NCBI GenBank assembly: GCA_963775685.1
Contig: CAVZJV010000014.1
Coordinates: 2,368,001-2,432,000 of the forward strand
DNA: 64,000 nt
Source of the DNA: Candidatus Bathyarchaeota archaeon
Lineage (GTDB): Archaea; Thermoproteota; Bathyarchaeia; Bathyarchaeales; Bathycorpusculaceae
Direction of reading: 5' to 3'
Of this stretch, positions 49,978-61,314 are shown piece after piece. A model generated the notes under the pieces. The model worked only from the letters and a program-made list of their open reading frames with translations, searched no databases and was not told where the DNA came from. How positions within the stretch are numbered: position 1 is the stretch's first letter; every line of letters begins with the position of its first letter. Made by a program: the position numbers and the translations under genes.

Positions 49978-51993
49978 TTATTTTAAAGGCTCTTTTTTCT
50001 TCAGGACCAAATCGGTATAGACGAATTTCTGTTTGAAAGGACTGAACTCTGTTCCTGTACCTTGGTAGAATTTGCTAAACCACTCGTAGAAATGCAACCT
50101 CAATGTGTGGATGAAAACTATTAAGCCTTCAAGTGCCAGCACGAATATGTTTCCGAACACTATGATTACGCCCGCGAGAATTAAACCTAATATCGACGCT
50201 GAACCGACTGGATTGACCAAGTCAGCGATTGTATAAGTTACCAACATCAGTGCCCAATGCGCCATCAGCAAGGCAAGAATTCTTGAGTAAGAGATCGTGT
50301 TGCTTAGCAGGCGAGTGATTAAGTCTCCCCCTTCAAACAATCTGCCAGAAATTGAGTCTGCTTCAGCGTGGGCTGTTGCAGTGCCGTGATGCGGTGGCTT
50401 TGCTATAGCTAGATAGATTGGTTTCCCAACGACTAATATAATGAAAGGGATTATCGTGATTAATATTGGGCCACTGAACCATGCGCCGAAGTTTAATTGG
50501 TAGAAGTAGATCAAGTACACTCCACCCACGAAGAAACCAATTTTTGGCAACGAAGTCAAGAGGGTATCAGCTACATTGTGTTTCAATGCAAAATTTACAC
50601 CTTCTAAGACAATTCCGCTGATTATCTGAACTATGCCTACAAATAGGGCAAAGATCAGAAATGTAAACACGTTTTCGAATGGACTAAACCATATAGGCGC
50701 AAATAATTGTGTGCCAAAAAACTCGCCAAAGAGTAATCCCGCCCCAATGGCGCCTATTCCGCATGCGGCCATTATAAAGCAGACATTTTTCATTGCTTGA
50801 TTGCTTTTGATTAAAGTGCCTACGATTAATCCTCCGAGCAAAAGAATTAAGCCATGTCCAACATCGCCGAACATTAAACCAAAGAGAATCGGAAATGTTA
50901 TAGCAATTACAGGTGTTGGGTCTACTTCGTCATAATGGGGTAAACCATATAGTTTAGTGAGTTCCTCAAAAGGCCGAATAAACCTGCTGTTGATAACTTT
51001 TGTAGGCGGATCTTCAGCTTCTCCCACTTTATTTTCGAGGACCAAAACTTTTCCATCAAGCATTCCCGTAACTTTTTCGTTTAGTTCCTTGAGCTTTTTC
51101 TTGGGCACAAATCCTTTAACAGTCGCAAGGCGACCTGACTGAAATATTTTTCTTTCTGCATACAGAAGCGCAAGAATGTTTTCTGAAGTTTCCTTCAACG
51201 AAGCAAGATTATTCTTGTTTTCTTCGCCTAACATTTTTAGTGAAGTGCAAAGTGCTTTTTCTTTTTCTGTGTTTTCTTTTAGTTGCTTGTTGACTTCTCT
51301 TAGTGCTTCAGTCATGTCGTGAGGTAGCTCTTCTGGTACATGAAAAATTTCGGCATGATGAGTTTTTAGGATTTTCTCGATTTCTGCCTGATTTTTGGTT
51401 GGGCTGGCTAAACACACAAAGGCTACTTCCTTGGCTATGGCGCAACGGTCAATAAAAATAGGCAAACCTGAGAGGGCAGTTTCTAACCCGCTGAAGTTTT
51501 TTATCGGTACGCTTGCAGTCGCAACATAAATCAGTTTTAAATCTTCCAAAGCTTCAAGGTCTGCGCCCATGAAGTTGAGTCTTCCCAACATATCTTTGGT
51601 ATAGTTGAGTTGTCCAGTTTTTTCTTGAATGCCCAAAAGTGATTCATTGAAGGTGTCAGTTTCTTTTTTTAGCGCTAAAATTTTTTGGCTTGTGGTTTCT
51701 AAGAGAGCCTTCCAATTTTCCTCTGTGACCGGTATTTTAGTTGGTAGATTTAACTTGAAGATTGAAAACAGGCTTGATTTTTCCTGGACCAGCTGATCAA
51801 TCAATAAATTTACGTCTGAAAGAGCCTCTTCGACTTTCTGGATGGTCTGGTTAGATTCACCTAAATCTGCGTTGTCTTGAGCCGTTTGTTCAATATGGAA
51901 TTCTTCAAAGCTGCTGAGTGCTTCCAAAATTGACTCTACATCTTTCTTAACGCAGATTATTGATGTCGAGGTCATTCTTTCTGGTCGCAACAT
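49978..51993 (-). CDS. atpI: A-type ATP synthase subunit I (a)
   Basis: [56 protein letters not shown]; ATG 51993. Confidence 0.95.
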   Translation of the reverse strand: MLRPERMTSTSIICVKKDVESILEALSSFEEFHIEQTAQDNADLGESNQTIQKVEEALSDVNLLIDQLVQEKSSLFSIFKLNLPTKIPVTEENWKALLETTSQKILALKKETDTFNESLLGIQEKTGQLNYTKDMLGRLNFMGADLEALEDLKLIYVATASVPIKNFSGLETALSGLPIFIDRCAIAKEVAFVCLASPTKNQAEIEKILKTHHAEIFHVPEELPHDMTEALREVNKQLKENTEKEKALCTSLKMLGEENKNNLASLKETSENILALLYAERKIFQSGRLATVKGFVPKKKLKELNEKVTGMLDGKVLVLENKVGEAEDPPTKVINSRFIRPFEELTKLYGLPHYDEVDPTPVIAITFPILFGLMFGDVGHGLILLLGGLIVGTLIKSNQAMKNVCFIMAACGIGAIGAGLLFGEFFGTQLFAPIWFSPFENVFTFLIFALFVGIVQIISGIVLEGVNFALKHNVADTLLTSLPKIGFFVGGVYLIYFYQLNFGAWFSGPILITIIPFIILVVGKPIYLAIAKPPHHGTATAHAEADSISGRLFEGGDLITRLLSNTISYSRILALLMAHWALMLVTYTIADLVNPVGSASILGLILAGVIIVFGNIFVLALEGLIVFIHTLRLHFYEWFSKFYQGTGTEFSPFKQKFVYTDLVLKKKEPLK

Positions 51994-52049
51994 TTTTAAC
52001 AGGATGTTTGATTTACCAGCAAACATTTAAAGTTATATTTGGCGATGGC

Positions 52050-52358
52050 ATGATTGGCTTCGTAATAGGTGATAGCGACATGATTACGGGCTTTAGGCTC
52101 GTTGGCGTTGAAGGCGTCGAAGCATCCACTGCCGAAGAAGCACTAAAAGCCCTAAATAAAGCATTAACACGCGATGGTGTCGGCGTGATAATAATCAGCG
52201 AATCATTCTTCAATGACCCATCCATACGGGAAGAAGTAGATAAAATACGTCAAGAACGTGTAACCCCTTTAATCGTGGAAATTCCGGGCAGTAAGGGTCC
52301 GGCAAATAAAATGCAGCTATCTGACATGATTAGCAAAATATTGGGCAACAAAATCTAA
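52050..52358 (+). CDS. atpF: A-type ATP synthase subunit F
   Basis: VIGDSDMITGFRLVGV, PLIVEIP; ATG 52050. Confidence 0.93.
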   Translation: MIGFVIGDSDMITGFRLVGVEGVEASTAEEALKALNKALTRDGVGVIIISESFFNDPSIREEVDKIRQERVTPLIVEIPGSKGPANKMQLSDMISKILGNKI

Positions 52359-52984
52359 TGGTGACTTACATGATCTTTAAAAACGGTATTTCAGCAATTG
52401 CCAACGATGTTTTAGGCGACGTTCAAAAAGAAGCTGAAGCGTTGATCTTAGCAGCTGAAAAAGAGGCAAAAGCAACCTTAAAGGCAGCAAAGGAACGAGC
52501 CGACCAAAACTACCGTGCTATGATTAATGAGGCAACTGCGAACGCGGAGGCTGAAAAACGAAAAATTGCTTCGGTAACTGAAGTGGAAATTAGGAACAGT
52601 TTACTTCAAGCAAAAGAAGATTTGGTTGATGTAGCGTTCGAGAAAGCTTTGGCTAAACTTAAGAATTTTGTAGAAACTGACGAGTACCATGATTATCTTC
52701 TGAAGATAATACAAACTTCCGCTGAAAAAATTGGCCAAAAGAACTTAACCATACAATTAAACGCTAAAGACAAAGGTTGGTTAACGCAAGTGCTGAAGCG
52801 TTTATCAAAGAAGTTGCTTTGTGAATTGACGCTATCCGACAAGGCTGAAGATTACATTGGGGGATGTATAATTCAAACCGAAAACGGCAAAATAATTAAC
52901 GATGTCACAATAGACAATCGGTTGAAAGAGCTTAAACCGGCTTTACGTGTTGAACTAGCAAAAACATTGTTTGGCGAGGTGTAA
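52358..52984 (+). CDS. atpE: A-type ATP synthase subunit E
   Basis: N-terminal coiled coil, IGGCII...G. Confidence 0.9.
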   Translation: MVTYMIFKNGISAIANDVLGDVQKEAEALILAAEKEAKATLKAAKERADQNYRAMINEATANAEAEKRKIASVTEVEIRNSLLQAKEDLVDVAFEKALAKLKNFVETDEYHDYLLKIIQTSAEKIGQKNLTIQLNAKDKGWLTQVLKRLSKKLLCELTLSDKAEDYIGGCIIQTENGKIINDVTIDNRLKELKPALRVELAKTLFGEV

Positions 52985-52991
52985 TAGAAAA

Positions 52992-54761
52992 ATGCCCGTT
53001 AAAGGCCGCGTAATAAGAGTTGCAGGACCAGTTGTCGAAGCCAGCGGCATGGCACAAGCCGTTATGCATGAGATGGTTGAAGTCGGAAATGACCTGTTAG
53101 TAGGTGAAATCATCCGTTTAGAAGGCGAACAAGCCACAATTCAAGTTTACCAAAATACCTCTGGACTCAAGCTTGATGAGCCAGTTTTAGGAACTGGAAG
53201 TCCCTTATCAGTGGAATTAGCTCCGGGCATCTTAGGCCAAGTCTTCGACGGCATCCAAAGACCGCTTGAAGAACTAAAAACCCTAACAGGGGCCTTCATT
53301 AAGCAAGCCTCTGGAGTCACATCCCTTTCTAGAACTAAAAAATGGACTTTTATACCAACTGCAAAAGTTGGTGCTAAACTTGTTGGAGGGGACATACTTG
53401 GCATAGTAAAAGAAACCAACCTGTTTGAGCACCGGATACTAGTTCCCGTTAAGGTACAAGGCAAACTGGTTAAGATTGTACCACAAGGCGACTATACAAT
53501 TACCGAAATAATCGCTTCCGTAGAATCAAATGGTGTCACGGTTGATTTGCCAATGCTTCAGAAATGGCCAGTAAGAGAACCACGCCCCCACAAAAGAAGG
53601 TTATTTGCTACTTCTCCATTAATCACAGGACAACGCGTAATCGACACGTTCTTTCCCATCGCAAAAGGTGGAAGCGCATGTATTCCTGGTCCCTTTGGCT
53701 CAGGAAAAACCGTCACCCAGCAACAACTCGCAAAATGGTCAGATGCAAACATCATTATTTACGTGGGTTGCGGAGAACGCGGCAACGAAATGGTCGATGT
53801 TTTAGATAGCTTCCCCAAACTAATTGACCCAACAACAGGACGCCCACTCATGGAGCGAACTGTCCTCGTTGCTAACACAAGCAATATGCCTGTCTCTGCC
53901 CGCGAAGCCAGCATTTACACTGGCATCACCCTTGCAGAATATTTCCGTGACATGGGCTACGCCGTCGCGATGATGGCAGACTCTACAAGCAGATGGGCAG
54001 AAGCACTCAGAGAAGTGTCGGGGCGTCTTGAAGAAATGCCTGCTGAAGAAGGCTTCCCAAGCTATCTGCCATCGCGACTCGCTGAATTCTACGAACGCAC
54101 GGGAGTTGTGGAAACGCTATGTTCAGATAAACGTGTTGGATCTATCTGCGCTATTGGCGCAGTTTCTCCTCCAGGAGGAGACTTCTCAGAACCAGTTACT
54201 CAGCACACGAAACGTTTCACTAGAGTCTTTTGGGCACTGGACGCTGAACTCGCAGCTGCAAGACACTATCCATCGATCAACTGGATGTCAAGCTACAGCG
54301 GCTATATCCAAAACCTCGCTGAATGGTGGCATAAAAACGTTGATAAAAACTGGAATAGCTACCGCGAAGAAGCCATGCGTATTTTGCAGGCGGAAGACGA
54401 CCTTAAAAACATCGTTAAACTCGTTGGACCTGAAGCTTTACCTGACAAACAACGCTTAATCTTGGAAACCGCTCGGATCATCCGCATTGCGTTTTTGCAA
54501 CAGAACGCATTAGACGCTATTGACACTTATAGTACTCCTCAAAAACAATTCAAGATGTTAAAGTTAATTGTGGATCACCACCGATTAGCAGACAACGTGG
54601 TAAGCAAAGGCGTACCAATCTTTAAAGTTACAGAAATGCCCATCACCGACGAAATTATGCGTATGAAAACTTCGATACCTAACGATAAAGTTGATCTCTT
54701 AGATGATTTAGAAAAACGGATGTATGAAAGCTTCGGAACGTTGGAGGCATCACTGAGGTAA
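52992..54761 (+). CDS. atpA: A-type ATP synthase subunit A
   Basis: [41 protein letters not shown]; no intein evident. Confidence 0.98.
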   Translation: MPVKGRVIRVAGPVVEASGMAQAVMHEMVEVGNDLLVGEIIRLEGEQATIQVYQNTSGLKLDEPVLGTGSPLSVELAPGILGQVFDGIQRPLEELKTLTGAFIKQASGVTSLSRTKKWTFIPTAKVGAKLVGGDILGIVKETNLFEHRILVPVKVQGKLVKIVPQGDYTITEIIASVESNGVTVDLPMLQKWPVREPRPHKRRLFATSPLITGQRVIDTFFPIAKGGSACIPGPFGSGKTVTQQQLAKWSDANIIIYVGCGERGNEMVDVLDSFPKLIDPTTGRPLMERTVLVANTSNMPVSAREASIYTGITLAEYFRDMGYAVAMMADSTSRWAEALREVSGRLEEMPAEEGFPSYLPSRLAEFYERTGVVETLCSDKRVGSICAIGAVSPPGGDFSEPVTQHTKRFTRVFWALDAELAAARHYPSINWMSSYSGYIQNLAEWWHKNVDKNWNSYREEAMRILQAEDDLKNIVKLVGPEALPDKQRLILETARIIRIAFLQQNALDAIDTYSTPQKQFKMLKLIVDHHRLADNVVSKGVPIFKVTEMPITDEIMRMKTSIPNDKVDLLDDLEKRMYESFGTLEASLR

Positions 54762-54766
54762 TATTT

Positions 54767-56173
54767 ATGGCAACAAAAACAGGACCCGGATTAGAGTATA
54801 AAGGGGTAGCTTCAATTTCAGGGCCTATCATCATAGTAGAAAACGTAAAGGGCGTAGGCTACGATGAGCTTGTCGCAGTGAAACCGCAAAGTGGCGAAAT
54901 ACGTTTGGGCAAAGTAGTTCAAATAACACAGAAAGCGGTATTCGTTCAAGTTTTCGAAGGCACAACTGGCCTCTCCCCCGCAGAAACCCGCACCCGCTTT
55001 CTTGGGCACTCGTTACAAGTTCCAGTATCTATTGAAATGCTTGGGCGCGTAATGAACAGCTTCGGCGAACCAATAGACGGGCACCCGAGATTCTTCACGG
55101 AAGAAAAACGTGACGTCAACGGTTACCCGCTCAACCCCGTTGCCCGAGAATACCCCAAAGAATTCATCCAAACAGGTGTCTCGGCGATCGATGGTTTAAC
55201 AAGCCTCGTGCGCGGTCAGAAACTCCCAGTCTTTAGCGGTCCAGGGTTGGCTCACAACGAACTTGCCGCACAAATTGCAAGGCAAGCCCAGATTCGCAGT
55301 GGAGGAGAAGACTTCAACATAGTTTTCGTGGCTATGGGTCTGGAACACGACGATGCAGCCTTCTTTCAGAAAAGTTTCGAAGAAACAGGCGCCATCAAAA
55401 ACGTTGCAATGTTTCTCAACTTAGCTGAAGACCCGCCAGTCGAGCGCATCATTACCCCTAGAGCAGGGTTAACATTAGCAGAATACTTAGCATATGACCA
55501 AGACCGACACGTACTCGTAATCATGACTGACATGACTAACTACTGCGAAGCTCTTCGCGAAGTCAGTGCCTCAATGGAAGAGGTGCCCAGTAGGAAAGGG
55601 TATCCCGGTTACATGTACAGTGACTTAGCAAGCATATACGAACGGGCAGGCAGAATACACGGCAAAAAAGGGTCCATTACACAGATGCCAATTTTAACTA
55701 TGCCAAACGACGACATTACCCACCCAATTCCAGACCTCACTGGTTACATTACTGAGGGACAAATAGTTTTGTCTCGCTCGCTTGAGAAACAGGGAATATA
55801 TCCGCCAATCTACATATCCACAAGTCTTTCCCGACTGATGAAGGACGGTATAGGCAAAGACAGCACACGAGATGACCACGCTAACGTTGCAAGCCAACTA
55901 TACTCGGCATATGCACAGTACAACTCAGTAAAATCACTAGTAACAATCATAGGCGAAGAAGGCCTAGGTCAACGAGACAGAGAATACTTACGCTTCGGCG
56001 AAAGCTTCGAGAAAACCCTCATCAATCAGGGCAAAAATGAGAACCGGACAGTCGAACAAACACTTTCAATCGCTTGGGATGTCCTTTCACTTCTGCCTGA
56101 CGAAGAATTAACGAACATAAAGCCTGAATACATCCATAAATACTATCCAAAGTTTGCTAGCGAGGTAAAGTAA
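54767..56173 (+). CDS. atpB: A-type ATP synthase subunit B
   Basis: [39 protein letters not shown]. Confidence 0.98.
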   Translation: MATKTGPGLEYKGVASISGPIIIVENVKGVGYDELVAVKPQSGEIRLGKVVQITQKAVFVQVFEGTTGLSPAETRTRFLGHSLQVPVSIEMLGRVMNSFGEPIDGHPRFFTEEKRDVNGYPLNPVAREYPKEFIQTGVSAIDGLTSLVRGQKLPVFSGPGLAHNELAAQIARQAQIRSGGEDFNIVFVAMGLEHDDAAFFQKSFEETGAIKNVAMFLNLAEDPPVERIITPRAGLTLAEYLAYDQDRHVLVIMTDMTNYCEALREVSASMEEVPSRKGYPGYMYSDLASIYERAGRIHGKKGSITQMPILTMPNDDITHPIPDLTGYITEGQIVLSRSLEKQGIYPPIYISTSLSRLMKDGIGKDSTRDDHANVASQLYSAYAQYNSVKSLVTIIGEEGLGQRDREYLRFGESFEKTLINQGKNENRTVEQTLSIAWDVLSLLPDEELTNIKPEYIHKYYPKFASEVK

Positions 56174-56178
56174 CAAAA

Positions 56179-56808
56179 TTGTCATCTGAACACGTTAGCC
56201 CAACAAGAATAAATCTCATTCAAACAAAGAAGACGCTAAACCTTGCAGAGTCTGGCCGAGAGGTCCTTGAACGCAAACGTGATATTCTGTTGCGTGAGTT
56301 GAGAAACAGTATATTCGAGGCTGAAAGGGCCCGCGAGGAAATTTTGGATGCTCTTGCTAAAGCTTACCAAAGCTTAAGAGAAGCCAACATGGCTAATGGG
56401 TCAGAGACAATTGCAAGCGTTGCCTTAGGCTCTAGCAACGTGGCTAACTATAACATTGACTACAAAAGTATCATGGGCGTAACTATCCCAACTGCAGAAT
56501 TTCAAAGGAAAGCTAACATGAAACCAGATTACGGTTTCGCCAACACTAGCGTGGAACTAGACAAAGCATTCAAGCAATTCCACAACATACTAACTTTAAT
56601 CGCTGAATTAGGTAGAGCTGAAGGCACGTCATTTCAGATTGCAAATGACGTACGCAGAACCCAACGGCGAGTCAACGCCTTAAACTATGTTCTTATCCCT
56701 AGGTACCGTAAAACTGCTAAATGGATTGAACTAGTGCTCGAAGAAAAAGACCGCGAAGAATTTGTTAGGACCAAAATAATTAAACGTGTAGTTAAGGAGC
56801 GTAAATAA
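56179..56808 (+). CDS. atpD: A-type ATP synthase subunit D
   Basis: PTRINL, LERKRD.L, TQRRVNAL, EEKDREEFVR. Confidence 0.95.
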   Translation: MSSEHVSPTRINLIQTKKTLNLAESGREVLERKRDILLRELRNSIFEAERAREEILDALAKAYQSLREANMANGSETIASVALGSSNVANYNIDYKSIMGVTIPTAEFQRKANMKPDYGFANTSVELDKAFKQFHNILTLIAELGRAEGTSFQIANDVRRTQRRVNALNYVLIPRYRKTAKWIELVLEEKDREEFVRTKIIKRVVKERK

Positions 56809-57252
56809 ATGAAGTTCAGTTTTCAAACCATAAAAAAAATCTTAGTTCCCACTGATGGTTCAGACTACAGTATTCATGCAGCTGAATACGCCATAGGCAT
56901 TGCAAAAACTCATGATGCTCAAATCATGTTTGTTTATGTGTTGGATGAGGTTGTTATCGACCGATTTACCAAAATAACTGAACGTGCGGATGTTGAAAAG
57001 GAACTTAAAGCGGATGGTCAAAGATACATAAATTACATCCTCAGTCTGGCTGAGAAAGAAGGCGTTAAAAATACCTCTCTGATTGCAAAGGGCAGACCGT
57101 TTGAACAAATTGTGCATTTAGCTAATGGCTTAGACATCGACTTAATTGTTATGGGAACGTATGGACGAAGAGGTTCGGAGAGAATTCTTATCGGCAGCGT
57201 TGCCGAGAGAGTAATTGAATATGCACATTGCCCTGTCCTAGTTGTGAAATAA
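56809..57252 (+). CDS. universal stress protein (UspA family)
   Basis: KILVPTDGS, DLIVMGTYGR...LIGSVAERV...CPVLVV. Confidence 0.95.
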   Translation: MKFSFQTIKKILVPTDGSDYSIHAAEYAIGIAKTHDAQIMFVYVLDEVVIDRFTKITERADVEKELKADGQRYINYILSLAEKEGVKNTSLIAKGRPFEQIVHLANGLDIDLIVMGTYGRRGSERILIGSVAERVIEYAHCPVLVVK

Positions 57253-57275
57253 AAAAGCGGTTGGGAGTCAAATCT

Positions 57276-57452
57276 TTGACAAACAAAGCCCAGTTAGACC
57301 AAGATTTCGATAACTTGAATCTAGAAATAGAGCGAGAGACAGAAAAAGAATTAACCAGAATCCGCGCAGAAATCAATACGCTCAAAGACAACGCCATTAA
57401 GATGAATGAAATACTATCGAGCCCTCCCTCCAATGAAGAGAAAAGAAGTTAA
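57276..57452 (+). CDS. small coiled-coil hypothetical protein
   Basis: TTG 57276 after GGGAG; 58-aa charged helix. Confidence 0.5.
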   Translation: MTNKAQLDQDFDNLNLEIERETEKELTRIRAEINTLKDNAIKMNEILSSPPSNEEKRS

Positions 57453-57511
57453 GTGAGAAAAAAGTTAATAGCTAAGCTTATTGTGTGCAATGTTAATGGA
57501 GTGAACGTAGC

Positions 57512-57847
57512 TTGAAAACTAAACTATTATTGCTCGTAATCCTTCCGCTATTGCTTCTGCCGCTCATGGGAGTGGCAGCTGCACTAACAATCGACACCGT
57601 TCAAAATCAAACTACGACAACAACTGGACAATTTGACAGAGTCGGTATTGCAATCAGTGCGGCATTAGCAATTGGCTTACCTGGTCTTGGTGCAGGGCTT
57701 GCCATTTCTGCTGCTGGTAGTGCTGCAATTAGTGCCTTAGCTGAAAAACCTGAAACGTTCTTTAGAAGTTTCTTGATTGTGGCGTTGGCGGAAGCGTTGG
57801 CAATTTACGGTTTGATTATGGGTATTCTTCTCTGGCTGAAGCTATAG
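57512..57847 (+). CDS. atpK: A-type ATP synthase subunit K (c), single hairpin with N-terminal leader
   Basis: GLPGLGAG, AEKPETF, ALAEALAIYG. Confidence 0.93.
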   Translation: MKTKLLLLVILPLLLLPLMGVAAALTIDTVQNQTTTTTGQFDRVGIAISAALAIGLPGLGAGLAISAAGSAAISALAEKPETFFRSFLIVALAEALAIYGLIMGILLWLKL

Positions 57848-58096
57848 AAGAGATCCCTTTTATAGTCGGATTGGTGCTGGTAGAAACCAGTTTATCCCTT
57901 TTTAGTTTCTGTTACCCTAATGGTGGCAGATTAAGAACTTTAAGTGTACCCAGAACAGATAGCAGTTAAATGTTGTTGAGGCCACTTCTGATTTGGCAGT
58001 AGAAGCTTTTGGTTAATCCGTTTTAATTTTTCTCCACATTTCTGTGGTATTCAATAAGCGTTAAATAATACCTTGAAATAAGACAGCGAAGGCGAC

Positions 58097-58408
58097 ATGA
58101 TGGATAAATGGGCTGATTACTTAGTCTCTGCGGTAAAAACAAACCCTGACCAAAAATATATTGACTCTGTAGAATGTCATTCGGACTTTGGTTGTGTAGT
58201 TTGTGAGAACATCATAATTTCCAGGTCTGAACTAATATCAAACATAAAGAAGGGGTGCACCTACACTACAGTTTTTAGGACTGCCATTGGCAAATGGCGT
58301 AAAGGCCAAGAGGTGCATCTAATAAATGTGGACGGTACCGACTTCCTTAGAACTGACTCAAAAAACACTGCCGCTTCCGATAACTTTGACGATATTCCAG
58401 AGTTTTAG
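58097..58408 (+). CDS. DUF3892-like protein
   Basis: KWADYLVSAV, W.KGQEV, FLRTD.....DNF..IPEF. Confidence 0.8.
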   Translation: MMDKWADYLVSAVKTNPDQKYIDSVECHSDFGCVVCENIIISRSELISNIKKGCTYTTVFRTAIGKWRKGQEVHLINVDGTDFLRTDSKNTAASDNFDDIPEF

Positions 58409-58578
58409 GGTTGAAGCTCTTTAGAGATTTTGGGTGCGGTATTGAATGAGGCATTGGCGATTTACTGATTAATCCTTGGATTATCTTGCTCTGGCTAAAA
58501 TTGTACGGTTTTGGTCTCCAGAAACGTTTTATGCTAACCCTTATAGGGTACCTGCGACTAGGCAGATATTGACGGAAC

Positions 58579-59937
58579 TTGTCGCTCTTCAAAGGAAAAT
58601 TTTTTCAAGCTCGAACAATACTGCTCTTACTTTGTTTTTCGCTATTTCTGATTGTTTTGGGAGGTTTTCTTTCTTCTTCGGCGGCAACTAACTCGGCGAC
58701 GTCAACTCAGTCTGTGGTGGCAGGGGATGTGGTTATGGTTGTGGATTTTAGTGTTCAAGTGGATCCAGGGTCTGCCACATTTATGTCTCGTGTTGCTAGC
58801 ACTGCGCAGAGTCAAAACGCGGCAGCTATCCTTATAGAGATGAATACGCCCGGCGGCTTGTTGAGCGATATGATTTCGATTGTTAGCTCAATTACTACTG
58901 CGAATCAGTCTGGTATCCCAACTTACACATTCATTGTGCCAAACGGTTTAGGCGCGTCCGCAGGCAGCTATATTGCAATGGCGACTAACCAGATATTGAT
59001 GGCGCCAGGTAGCGAGATTGGTCCTAGCACCCCTATTGTGGTTGGGGGATCTGCGCTGGAGCAAAATCACACTCAAGCTGTCATGCTTGACTACATGACG
59101 AGCCTCGCGGAAAGGTGGGGCCGAAACACCACTGCTATCTACAATATGGTTCAATATAATGAGGCATTCTCGGCTAACGAGGCGGTTGCAGTGCATGTTG
59201 CTGATGGAACTGCCGATTCATTTTCCGCGGCTCTTAGCCAACTTGGGTTGTCGAATAATCCTCAGGAAAAGCTCGTGGAGAACCTCTATGAACAGATAAT
59301 TAGCGCATTAAGCAACACTATTCTTGACGGTATCCTCATATTGTTGGGTATTGTAGCCATTGTTCTTGACATTTATCATCCCATGATTGTTTTAACCGTT
59401 GTAGGTGTTATAGCTATTGTTGCTGGGTTAATCGGCGCTGAAGTGATTGACGCGTCAATACTTGGGCTTGTCATTTTGGTGCTCGCCGCGGCTTTGATTA
59501 TTTTGGAGTTGAAGCTTGGTCACGGTTTCGCGTTAATGGCAGGCGTGGTATTGGGTGCATTTGGTATATATTATCTGTCTTTTGGTCTGCAATACGCGCC
59601 TTCGCCCATAACGGAGCTCGTGGAAATAGAGCTCGGGCTACTTGTTGTCTTCGGGGTGCTCATTGGTTTGTATATTCGTTGGATAATTGGGCCACTGAGG
59701 CGAAAAAACAAACTCACTGGTCCGGAAGCCATGAAGGGCAAAACAGGCTTAACGGTAACGGATCTCACTCCGAAAGGGGAAGTTCGAGTTCAAGGCGAAA
59801 TCTGGAGAGCTGAATCCATTTCAGGTAATATTGTAAAGGGGGATCAAATCATCGTTAAAACTCTAAAAGGGCTCGTTGTTATAGTTGAAAAAGCCCCACT
59901 TCCTGAGGAAAAGATACATGCGGACCCTGCAGCTTAG
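58579..59937 (+). CDS. NfeD family membrane protein (ClpP-class N-domain, TM region, OB C-domain)
   Basis: NTPGG, ASAGSYI, MAPGSEIG.STP, GRN, G.VRVQGEIWRA. Confidence 0.9.
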   Translation: MSLFKGKFFQARTILLLLCFSLFLIVLGGFLSSSAATNSATSTQSVVAGDVVMVVDFSVQVDPGSATFMSRVASTAQSQNAAAILIEMNTPGGLLSDMISIVSSITTANQSGIPTYTFIVPNGLGASAGSYIAMATNQILMAPGSEIGPSTPIVVGGSALEQNHTQAVMLDYMTSLAERWGRNTTAIYNMVQYNEAFSANEAVAVHVADGTADSFSAALSQLGLSNNPQEKLVENLYEQIISALSNTILDGILILLGIVAIVLDIYHPMIVLTVVGVIAIVAGLIGAEVIDASILGLVILVLAAALIILELKLGHGFALMAGVVLGAFGIYYLSFGLQYAPSPITELVEIELGLLVVFGVLIGLYIRWIIGPLRRKNKLTGPEAMKGKTGLTVTDLTPKGEVRVQGEIWRAESISGNIVKGDQIIVKTLKGLVVIVEKAPLPEEKIHADPAA

Positions 59938-60243
59938 CTTACAATATAATGGGCTGTCGGCAGGAGGTTATTAGCTCTAACTCGTTGTTACACATGCTAT
60001 GCTACAACATAACCTTAAAAGCGTATCTTAAATTTGATGGAACGCACATTGGGTACACAAGCCTGCGCATACTTGCTTACTTCTTTGATACACTTAAGAT
60101 TAAGTGACTGTAACAACACACCTACAAGATATGCTGTGAACCCTTGGAAATTAGCTTTTTTCCTCTTGAATTCTTATGGATGCATTGGTTTCAGCAAGCT
60201 TTACATTGTGGGCTATTCTTAATTTAAGGTAAGGTGAAACCGA

Positions 60244-60471
60244 ATGGTAGTTCCTTTCTATATGCTGCTTAGAACCAGAGTGGGGCAATCTAAAAATGTT
60301 GTTCATGCAACTCTCAAGATTGAAGGCGTAAAAGTATCCCATTCCGTTATGGGCAATTATGACGTTATACTCTACGGAGAAGGAAAAGACATCGAAGACG
60401 TACGACGCATTCGCGACGCTGTATTTGAAATTGATGGCATAACTATATCGGAAACAGTAGTGCACGCTTGA
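60244..60471 (+). CDS. Lrp/AsnC ligand-binding domain protein
   Basis: IEGV...HSVMGNYDVI, IDGI..SET; AAGGTGA upstream. Confidence 0.88.
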   Translation: MVVPFYMLLRTRVGQSKNVVHATLKIEGVKVSHSVMGNYDVILYGEGKDIEDVRRIRDAVFEIDGITISETVVHA

Positions 60472-60636
60472 TTTTTTTTATCCAATTTTTTTCAGATCAT
60501 AAACTACCTATTTTAACATAACCTTTTAAACCCTGATTATAGAGGGTAAAAATTGGGTGATGTGTATAGTCTCCAGGAAATTTCATTTAAAACTAATATT
60601 CGCATCTAAATTAATTAATGCACGGGGATTATTGAG

Positions 60637-61314
60637 TTGAAGAGCTTCAAGGGGGTCTTAGTGATTGGGGAAAGAAATATTTTTGGTGAATTATCTCAGA
60701 TTATCTCCATTGCCGCCCAGGTCAACCTCATTTTGAAAGCCATGTTCAAGAACTGCTGTAACAGTCAAGCGTTAACAGAGAACATGCATGCCGTCCGAGC
60801 TCTCGAGAAGAAGTCGGATGAAATCGCTTTCAGACTCAACGAGGATATAACGTCTGGAGCAATCAGCCCCAACCTAATCGACGACCTCATCGAAAGTACC
60901 CACTTAGCTGATAACATAGTGGATCTTATATTTTATTTGAGCCGAGAACTCAGCCGTATGGCTAAAGTTAACATAACAGATCCCTCGGCGGCTCAACAGG
61001 AGGTTGAGTGGGCTGAAATTTACTTACAAATGCTTGCCCTCGTTGACCGATCACTTCCGAAACTGCAATCGATGCTATCCAATAGCAACGTTCCAAATAT
61101 TATACAGTTACGAAAAGAAATTGAAGCCATAGAAGAACAAGGCGACGACGTCAAGGATGCCGGGTTCGATAAACTCTACTCAAAGGCTTCTGGAATGCAT
61201 TTTCTCCATTTTTACCATTACAGTGAAATGCTGCATAAATCCGATGATATCTTAGACACTTGCGAAGATTTCTCTGATATAATCGTGTCGATAGTCACAT
61301 CTATTCTCAAGTGA
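60637..61314 (+). CDS. DUF47/PhoU-like phosphate transport regulator
   Basis: LEKKSD...D and IEEQGD...D.CED repeats; coupled to Pit gene. Confidence 0.88.
   Translation: MKSFKGVLVIGERNIFGELSQIISIAAQVNLILKAMFKNCCNSQALTENMHAVRALEKKSDEIAFRLNEDITSGAISPNLIDDLIESTHLADNIVDLIFYLSRELSRMAKVNITDPSAAQQEVEWAEIYLQMLALVDRSLPKLQSMLSNSNVPNIIQLRKEIEAIEEQGDDVKDAGFDKLYSKASGMHFLHFYHYSEMLHKSDDILDTCEDFSDIIVSIVTSILK

Noticed and set aside
49961-52035. TAACTTT/AAAGTTA inverted repeat flanking atpI as invertase sites
   Set aside because: Only 7 AT-rich bases; expected by chance; no invertase nearby.
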